Assembly (NCBI GenBank): GCA_033763315.1
Contig: JANRKS010000026.1
Coordinates: 1 to 64,000, forward strand
Reading direction: 5' to 3'
DNA length: 64,000 nt
From: Deltaproteobacteria bacterium
Lineage (GTDB): Bacteria; Myxococcota_A; Polyangia; Fen-1088
In this document: in pieces, positions 57,376 to 64,000 of the stretch
Position numbering within the stretch: position 1 is the first letter of the stretch
How the letters are laid out: each line of letters opens with the position of its first letter
Made by a program: the position numbers and the translations under genes
Notes under the pieces: generated by a model
The model's database searches: none
What the model was told of the DNA's origin: nothing
Seen by the model: only the letters and a program-made list of their open reading frames with translations

Positions 57376-57993
57376 ATGAAGAACTGGAAGCTTTTGTCGA
57401 TGCTCGGAATGTTCGCCACGATTGGTGGCTTCGTGGCCTGTTCAGACGACGGTGAAGATGCCGTGGCTCTCTGCAACAAAACGTGTGACAAGGTCGTCGC
57501 GTGCACCCCTGAGGCAAAGCCTTTTTTGGCTACCTGCAAAGACGCGTGCAAAGAGCCCGCGAAAGGCAACGGGACGTGCACAAACGAATCCGCGATCGTT
57601 TCGAAGGTCAAAACGTGTTTGTCTGAAAGCTGCACGACGTTCCAGACTTGTTTGGAACAAGTGCCCGAATGCGTAGGTGCGGGCACTGGCGGCACGAGTG
57701 GCAGCGGCGGTTCCACGGGCGCGGGCGGGAGCACGGGTTCTGGCGGCACGCTCGGCAGCGGCGGCTCTACCGGCACAGGGGGCACAAGCGGCAGCGCCGA
57801 TTGCAGCGTGTGTGCGAAGGCGGACACCTGCTGCGCGGCATTGAGAACACAGGGCGGCGATCCCGGCGATTGCGACTTCAAAACCTCGTGCGATGAGCAG
57901 AAGAATAACCCGCAAGGGCTTTCGGCGATCGTGCAAGCGTGCAACCTCCTGCTCTCGACGGGCAGCTCCGCCGGCGTGCAAGCCTGCAAGTAA
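57376..57993 (+). CDS. Cys-rich lipoprotein with a hexapeptide Gly/Ser/Thr repeat linker
   Basis: FVAC lipobox; two Cys-rich domains separated by about six GGxxGx units. Confidence 0.75.
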   Translation: MKNWKLLSMLGMFATIGGFVACSDDGEDAVALCNKTCDKVVACTPEAKPFLATCKDACKEPAKGNGTCTNESAIVSKVKTCLSESCTTFQTCLEQVPECVGAGTGGTSGSGGSTGAGGSTGSGGTLGSGGSTGTGGTSGSADCSVCAKADTCCAALRTQGGDPGDCDFKTSCDEQKNNPQGLSAIVQACNLLLSTGSSAGVQACK

Positions 57994-58012
57994 TAGTGCC
58001 CCCCCTTATGCA

Positions 58013-58049
58013 ACAAAGCCCCGCAGCGCTGCGCGCGACGGGGCTTTGT
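58013..58049. terminator. Probable bidirectional intrinsic terminator
   Basis: 11-bp stem ACAAAGCCCCG/CGGGGCTTTGT between convergent genes. Confidence 0.7.
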
Positions 58050-58066
58050 ACGCTCTACACCTGGGC

Positions 58067-59305
58067 TTAGTGCTCGGCCTTCTTCGCCAAGCGCGCGCCT
58101 TTGGGTTGATCGATCGCGCTTAACAGCTCGCCAAACCAAGGCGCATCAATGTCGAAGGGTTTGCCGCCCTTGATGCGGGTGAATTCAATGGCGCGCAGAC
58201 GTCCACCGCGATCTTCATCGTGGCCCACAACGCCCGATTCGCCGCGCAGACCGCACTCCACAGCGTGGTCCACCATGCTTTGAATCAAACGCAGGTCATC
58301 GGCATTGGCCGCCGCCGCACGCGCAAAGTAGCCAGACTTTTGCACCAAGGTTTTCTCGGCGCCCACGAGCTTCGAGAATTGTTCAGAGAACCATTTGCCC
58401 ACGTTCACTGTATCAAGCTTCGGATGGCCAAAGGCATCGCGTGGCACCGATTGCCCACGTGATTCCATCTCACGGATGATCTGATCCACGCATGCACCTT
58501 CGGAGACGAAGATGTTCACGCAGTCTTGCGTGTCCATGACCTTGCGCAAGCGCGCCGCCTCGCTGTCGAGATCCACATTCATCTCGGGCACGAACACAGC
58601 ATCGATGTCCAGGTGTGAACGATCCAGATTGAAGCCCACGGGGAACGCGCGACGCTGCAAGCGCTCGCGGTAGACCTTCGCGGTGTAAGCCGTTAACCAG
58701 CCACAGTTGCGGCCCATCACCTCGTGAATGATCAACGTACGTGGGTTGGCCGATTGCTCGTTCACCAGGTTCTCGAAGTAAATCGCGCCCTGTTCGGCGG
58801 CGGTCCACGCACCCAACGATTGTTTGATGGGGAAAACGTCGTTGTCGATCGTCTTCGGCAAGCCCACCACGGTCAGCTTGTAACCGTTCTTTTGAAGGTA
58901 GGCGGCAAGATCGGCCGCTGTGGTGTTGGTGTCATCGCCACCCACCGTGTGCAAGATGGTGATGCCATCGTTCGCCAGCCGTTGCGCCGCCACTTCCAAG
59001 GCATTTTGCCCTGCCTTGATGAGCCCGCGCTTCAAGCAGTCGTCGGTGTTGGTGAGCTTTACGCGGCTGTTGCCGATGGGGCTGCCTCCGTGGCTGTGCA
59101 GGATGTGAGCGTTTTGGCGCGTCGCCTCGTTCACCATAACGCTGTTGCCCAGCAACAAACCTTTGTACCCGTGCAGGTAGCAAGCGATTTGAACCTCTGG
59201 GGCAAGCTCGGTGTAGCGCCCGATCAACCCGCCCACGGCGGACGAGAGGCAGGGCGCCAGGCCCCCAGCGGTTAAAATGCCAACTTTTTGGTTCGTTACG
59301 TTCAC
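58067..59305 (-). CDS. pfp: Pyrophosphate-dependent phosphofructokinase
   Basis: TAGGLAPC, GGDDT (Asp indicates PPi use), PKTIDND, EVMGR, QKSGYFAR. Confidence 0.92.
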   Translation of the reverse strand: MNVTNQKVGILTAGGLAPCLSSAVGGLIGRYTELAPEVQIACYLHGYKGLLLGNSVMVNEATRQNAHILHSHGGSPIGNSRVKLTNTDDCLKRGLIKAGQNALEVAAQRLANDGITILHTVGGDDTNTTAADLAAYLQKNGYKLTVVGLPKTIDNDVFPIKQSLGAWTAAEQGAIYFENLVNEQSANPRTLIIHEVMGRNCGWLTAYTAKVYRERLQRRAFPVGFNLDRSHLDIDAVFVPEMNVDLDSEAARLRKVMDTQDCVNIFVSEGACVDQIIREMESRGQSVPRDAFGHPKLDTVNVGKWFSEQFSKLVGAEKTLVQKSGYFARAAAANADDLRLIQSMVDHAVECGLRGESGVVGHDEDRGGRLRAIEFTRIKGGKPFDIDAPWFGELLSAIDQPKGARLAKKAEH

Positions 59306-59428
59306 GGGGTTCCTCCGAAAAAATGAAGCGCCCTAGGGCGCAGGATCTAAACGCGGTTCAAGAACGAAGCGGGAACGCTGCGGCGTTCGCGCCAGACAAT
59401 GGCCTTCAAATGTAGCACCAGCGTTTAT

Positions 59429-59459
59429 CGGGGGCGCCCGCATTTCGCAAGGGCCCCCG
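59429..59459 (-). terminator. GC hairpin after the sugar permease
   Basis: CGGGGGC/GCCCCCG stem 8 nt after the stop; no U-tract. Confidence 0.35.
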
Positions 59460-59466
59460 CAACGCG

Positions 59467-60771
59467 TTAGTTAAGCTCTACGGCGGCGCTTGTGCGGTGA
59501 CTGCCACGCACCGCATACCAGATGAGATAGGCGTAGCAAACCATGGGCACCACGAACGACGGGTGCACGCCCACTTTGTCGGCCAACACGCCTTGCAGCA
59601 ACGGCACAATGGCTCCACCTACAATGGCCATACACAGCAAGCCCGAGCCCTTGGAAGTCAAAGCGCCAAGGCCGTCCAACGCTAAGGTGAAGATCGTGGG
59701 GAACATGATCGAGTTGAACAACCCAATGGCCAACACGCTCCACATCGCGACGCTGCCCGATGTGCTCATGGTAACCGCCAGCAAGATCACCACGGCCGTC
59801 ACGTGGAGGGCCAGAACCTTCGATGGCTTCCACATCCGCAGCGTCACAGTGCCAATGAACCGGCCGACCATGGCGCCGCCCCAATAATAGGAAACCAAGC
59901 GTGCGCCGTCGGTTTCGGTAAGGCCACCAATCGCCGGCTCCTTGAAGTAATTCACCAAAAAGCTGCCCACCGACACTTCGCCGCCCACGTAAGCAAAGAT
60001 GCCAACGGCGCCCCAGATGAGATGACGGTGCGCCAACAGGGCGCCAAAGCCGCTGCTGGTCGTTTCCGAGTGACCCTCTATTTTCGGCAGCTTCACCACC
60101 GCCATCAGCACGCCCAACACCAGAAGCGCAATGGCCAAACCAACATAAGGCAACTGCACGGATTGAGCTTCGGCCAAACGATAAGCGTCAGCATCCGCCG
60201 TCGGCATACTGGCAAGTTCCGCAGCGCTTTTGCTGGCCACAGCCAAGATCAACGCCGAGCCGAAAAACGGTGCCAGCGTCGTAGCCAACGAATTAAACGC
60301 TTGTGCCATGGTCAGCCGCGACGAAGCGGTTTCGGGTGGGCCCAACACCGCAACGAAGGGATTGGCCGACACTTGCAAGATTGTGATGCCGCCAGCCAAC
60401 ACGAATAGCGCACCCAAGAACATTTCATAACTGCGCGCGCTGGCCGCCGGATAGAACCCGAAACAGCCAAGCGCTGCCGTGGCCAAACCAATCACGATGC
60501 CCTTGTGGTAACCCACCCGCGACACCAAACGGCCCGCTGGAAGGGACACGATGAAGTACGCGGCGAAGAACACCGTTTGCACCAGCATCGCCTTGGCGTA
60601 GCTCAGTGAGAAGGCGGCCTTGAAGTGTGGGATCAAGATGTCGTTCAAGCATGTGAGGAAGCCCCACATGAAAAACAGCGACGTCAACACCGACAACGCG
60701 AAACGATGGTTGTCAGTCGCATGCCCGCTGGGGGCAGCGCTAACGGGAAGGGATACGTGTGCTCCGGCCAT
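59467..60771 (-). CDS. Glucose/galactose (GluP/FucP-type) MFS transporter
   Basis: [40 protein letters not shown]. Confidence 0.9.
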   Translation of the reverse strand: MAGAHVSLPVSAAPSGHATDNHRFALSVLTSLFFMWGFLTCLNDILIPHFKAAFSLSYAKAMLVQTVFFAAYFIVSLPAGRLVSRVGYHKGIVIGLATAALGCFGFYPAASARSYEMFLGALFVLAGGITILQVSANPFVAVLGPPETASSRLTMAQAFNSLATTLAPFFGSALILAVASKSAAELASMPTADADAYRLAEAQSVQLPYVGLAIALLVLGVLMAVVKLPKIEGHSETTSSGFGALLAHRHLIWGAVGIFAYVGGEVSVGSFLVNYFKEPAIGGLTETDGARLVSYYWGGAMVGRFIGTVTLRMWKPSKVLALHVTAVVILLAVTMSTSGSVAMWSVLAIGLFNSIMFPTIFTLALDGLGALTSKGSGLLCMAIVGGAIVPLLQGVLADKVGVHPSFVVPMVCYAYLIWYAVRGSHRTSAAVELN

Positions 60772-60841
60772 GGGAATCGCTTTCGAAAGAGGGCGCCTGC
60801 ACCCGCGCAGGCAAGGCCGGGCATTCTTCGGTGCCTGCGGC

Positions 60842-61534
60842 TCAATGGCAAGAGGACGGAGGGCCCGCAGACGCATTCAGCGCGCGCCACACCAAAAACG
60901 CGGCCGCCAATAAAGGCGCGCCGCGCCTTAGCCAAAGTTCAAGCCGGGGCCACCGCGCCAGCGCGTCCCACTGTGTTTGCACCGCGGCCAAAGCGGGCAC
61001 GCCTCCCAGGGCGAATGCCCCCATGACGATCGCTCCCAAGGCCAGTGAGCCGGCGCCAACCGCCGCCATGTACCCACCCCACAGCACGCCACAGGGCAAA
61101 AAGGGCGTGGCCGCACCCGCGATGGCTCGGCTGTAGAGCGGCGAAAAATGTGCACCCCTTCTTACGAGTGCGTGCGCAACTTGCGCCAGGCTGCGGGGCA
61201 AACGCACGCGGCGCCCAAGGTCGCATGCGGCCACCACGAATCCAGCGGCCATCACAAAAGGCAACACGCGCGCCACCGATGACAACCAATGCGCCAGGCT
61301 TTGCCCCACAAGGCCAAGCAACGCGCCCACAAACGTATACGCGAACAAGCGACCTGTGTTCCACGCCAAGGCAGCTTGCCACTTCGACAAGCGCTTGCTC
61401 CCCAAGCCCGCGCAAGCCAGCGGCCCGCACATCAAGGCGCAGTGGCCACTGGCAGAAAAACCTGCAACCAACGCACCCGCGGCCGCCGAGATCCACAAGC
61501 CTGCGTGCAGTTGAAAAAGCGAACTCACAGGCAC
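60842..61534 (-). CDS. DsbD_2/TauE-like membrane protein (cbb3 oxidase assembly context)
   Basis: [21 protein letters not shown]. Confidence 0.85.
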   Translation of the reverse strand: MPVSSLFQLHAGLWISAAAGALVAGFSASGHCALMCGPLACAGLGSKRLSKWQAALAWNTGRLFAYTFVGALLGLVGQSLAHWLSSVARVLPFVMAAGFVVAACDLGRRVRLPRSLAQVAHALVRRGAHFSPLYSRAIAGAATPFLPCGVLWGGYMAAVGAGSLALGAIVMGAFALGGVPALAAVQTQWDALARWPRLELWLRRGAPLLAAAFLVWRALNASAGPPSSCH

Positions 61535-61550
61535 GCATCATTCAATCGGC

Positions 61551-63989
61551 ATGCCGTTCGCAAAGTGCTTGCCTATGCCGCTGGGCAGCCCCTCACTTCG
61601 CGAAAAGCCTGCACCGTCACTGTGCGCTCACTGTGGGCAAGTGGTGCCCGAGGCTTTGCGCAGCACAGGCTTTTGCTGCGCGGGTTGCGACGCTGTTTAC
61701 CAGCTGCTGCACAATGAGGGGCTCGATCGATACTACGAACTTGCCGGCAAACGCACGTTGCCGGTGGGTGCGGCTCCCGCGCAAGTCACACACACGTGGC
61801 TTGAGCCCTTGCTCGCGCAGGCCGAAACCTCGTCCGGCCCCGTGTGCAGCGTTGAATTGGATGTGCAGGGCATTCACTGCGCTGGCTGCGTGTGGTTGAT
61901 GAATGAAACGTTTCGGCGCACCGACGGCGCTGTGACGATCACCGTGAACCCAACGCTGGGGAAAGTGCGGTTGGTGTGGCACAAGGGCCTGCTTAACCTG
62001 CGTGACTGGGTTCGCGGCATCGAGCGATTCGGTTACCGCTTTGGACCAAGCCGCAAGGTCGGTGCACGCAGCACCAGTTCGCTCACGTGGCGGTTGGGCC
62101 TGTGTGTGGCGTTGTCGATGAACGTGATGCTGTTCTCGATCAGCTTCTATTTCGGCTTGTCGCGCGACGACGGCGTCATCTACTCGCTCTTCACGTGGTT
62201 GTCGCTGGCGCTATCAGCCGCCGTGGTGGTGATCGGCGGCGAAGTGTTTTTCCGCGCCGCTTGGCTCGGCCTGCGCCAGGGGGTTTTGGCAATGGATCTG
62301 CCCATCGCTTTGGGCATTGCCCTGGTCTTTGGTGCTTCTGTTACGCAAGTGCTCGCAGGCCGCGGCGGTGAGCTGACCTACTTCGATACCCTCAACACGT
62401 TCGTGACGTTGATGCTGCTTGGGCGGTGGTTGCAGCAAAAGGCGATCGAACGCAACCGCACCTTGTTGTTGGAAGACGATGGCGCCGAAGGCATCTTCGT
62501 GCGTCGCTTGCAGGCTGGCGGCCCCATCACCGTACGTGCACCGCAATTGAACAAAGGCGATCAGGTCTTGGTGGCGCCCGGCGAACTTGTGCCCGTGGAC
62601 GCTCGCTTGATAAGCGATAACGCCACCGTCTCCACCGATTGGATCACAGGTGAGCCCACACCCACCACGCTTGCACAATCACAGGTGATCGGAGCGGGCA
62701 GCTTCAACGCGGGCAACGCCCCTTTCATTGCACAAGCCTCCACTGACTTTGCTGAATCACCTTTATGTGCGTTGCTGCGGGCACCGCTCGCGCGCCGGGA
62801 AGCCGGCAAGGTTGTATTGTGGGACCGGCTGGCACGTTGGTGGTCCGCGTCCGTTTTGCTGCTGGCCACCGCGGGGTTCGCGCTGTGGTGGTTCATCGAT
62901 GCGGGCCGCGCGCTTGATGTGGCCACGGCACTCCTGGTGATCACGTGCCCGTGTGCCTTAGGCATCTCGCTGCCCTTGGCGCGTGAGCTGGTGCATCTGC
63001 GTTTACGAAAGCAAGGCTTTTTCCCGCGTGATCCGGCTCTGCTTGAAAAGCTGGTGACCACCCGCAAATTGATCTTCGACAAAACCGGCACGCTGACGCT
63101 CGGCCACCTCGAGCTCGACGACGCTGGTGCCCTGGCGGCCTTGCCCGCGCGCACGCGTGACATCGCGTACACCATGGCGGCTCAAAGCGCTCACCCTGTG
63201 TCGGCATGCCTCGCAAAAGCACTCAAGAAGGCGGGCGCGCACTGGCTTCCCGATGTGAAAGTGCAAGAACAACCCGGCGCGGGCCTGATGGGCGTGGCGG
63301 CCGACGGCGAATGGCGGCTAGGCAAAAGCACCTTTGCGGTAGGTGGCCACGACGACAACGAAGGCGGGATCGTTCTCGCGTGCAAAGGCACACTGGCGGC
63401 ACGATTTTCCACACGTGAGGTTTTGCGCGCCGATGCCGCCTCGCATGTGCGAGCGCTTGTAGCACAAGGCTACGCGATTCACCTCATGTCGGGCGATCGC
63501 CAAGAGCGCGTGGCCGCCTTGGCCGTGCGTCTTGGCATCCCCGCGCATCAGGCCTCAGGTGGCCTCAGTCCTGACGATAAGGGCACACGTGTGGCTGCGC
63601 TCGATGCCAACGACACGTTGTTTTTAGGCGACGGCGTCAACGACACACGCGCCTTCGATCGCGCAAGCGTTGCCGGCACCGTGGCGGTGGATCGGCCTGT
63701 TTTACCCGGCAAATCACATTTCTTTCTTTTGGGTGAGGGATTGAGCGGGTTAACAGCCGCGCTTGCAGCCGCGCAACACTTGCGCCGGGTAACGCTGCGT
63801 GTGCTGTTGATTTCGCTTTCCTACAATGTGTTGGCGGTCACCGCGTGCTTGCTTGGCGCGATGACACCGTTGCGCGCGGCTTTGACCATGCCAGCCAGCT
63901 CGTTGGTTCTGCTCAGCATTACTTTGTGGTCCATCGAACGGAAACCACAAGCCGATAAACCCTTGGTTCTTGCGGAGGTGACGCCTTGA
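61551..63989 (+). CDS. ccoI: CcoI/FixI-type Cu-translocating P1B-ATPase
   Basis: CAHC..FCCAGC, GIHCAGC, TGEP, CPC, DKTGT, HP, GDGVND, YN, MxxSS. Confidence 0.88.
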   Translation: MPFAKCLPMPLGSPSLREKPAPSLCAHCGQVVPEALRSTGFCCAGCDAVYQLLHNEGLDRYYELAGKRTLPVGAAPAQVTHTWLEPLLAQAETSSGPVCSVELDVQGIHCAGCVWLMNETFRRTDGAVTITVNPTLGKVRLVWHKGLLNLRDWVRGIERFGYRFGPSRKVGARSTSSLTWRLGLCVALSMNVMLFSISFYFGLSRDDGVIYSLFTWLSLALSAAVVVIGGEVFFRAAWLGLRQGVLAMDLPIALGIALVFGASVTQVLAGRGGELTYFDTLNTFVTLMLLGRWLQQKAIERNRTLLLEDDGAEGIFVRRLQAGGPITVRAPQLNKGDQVLVAPGELVPVDARLISDNATVSTDWITGEPTPTTLAQSQVIGAGSFNAGNAPFIAQASTDFAESPLCALLRAPLARREAGKVVLWDRLARWWSASVLLLATAGFALWWFIDAGRALDVATALLVITCPCALGISLPLARELVHLRLRKQGFFPRDPALLEKLVTTRKLIFDKTGTLTLGHLELDDAGALAALPARTRDIAYTMAAQSAHPVSACLAKALKKAGAHWLPDVKVQEQPGAGLMGVAADGEWRLGKSTFAVGGHDDNEGGIVLACKGTLAARFSTREVLRADAASHVRALVAQGYAIHLMSGDRQERVAALAVRLGIPAHQASGGLSPDDKGTRVAALDANDTLFLGDGVNDTRAFDRASVAGTVAVDRPVLPGKSHFFLLGEGLSGLTAALAAAQHLRRVTLRVLLISLSYNVLAVTACLLGAMTPLRAALTMPASSLVLLSITLWSIERKPQADKPLVLAEVTP

Positions 63990-64000
63990 TCGTGGTGGCT
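63986..64000 (+). CDS. Probable start of next gene (ccoS expected by synteny), truncated by window edge
   Basis: GGAGG RBS, then TTG overlapping the ccoI stop; only 5 codons visible. Confidence 0.3.

Overview
GC-rich bacterial DNA, most likely Myxococcota (Polyangia-like). This is inferred from the Gly-rich lipoproteins, a ZAS-Ser/Thr kinase with a myxobacterial-type ECF sigma factor, and DUF1592/DUF1552 pairs. Recognisable blocks: the 3' part of an alternative complex III operon (actB-C-D-E-F); signalling genes (GAF-PAS-GGDEF, RsbQ + PAS histidine kinase, two ECF modules); three DUF1592 (haem lipoprotein) + DUF1552 (Tat, His-rich) gene pairs plus one orphan; a glycan-related stretch (C-type-lectin receptor kinase, GH63-like glucosidase, Cip1-like, malectin/CBM protein); a MATE pump with a probable leader-peptide attenuator; an AbiE-like type IV toxin-antitoxin pair with an inverted-repeat operator; a LysR-AhpD cluster; PPi-PFK with a hexose permease; and cbb3 maturation genes (ccoI). 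The best candidate for an undescribed system is a lectin receptor kinase/ECF sigma pair linked to the repeated DUF1592-DUF1552 module. No rRNA, tRNA, CRISPR array or transposase was recognised. All family calls come from motif recognition by eye, not database searches.
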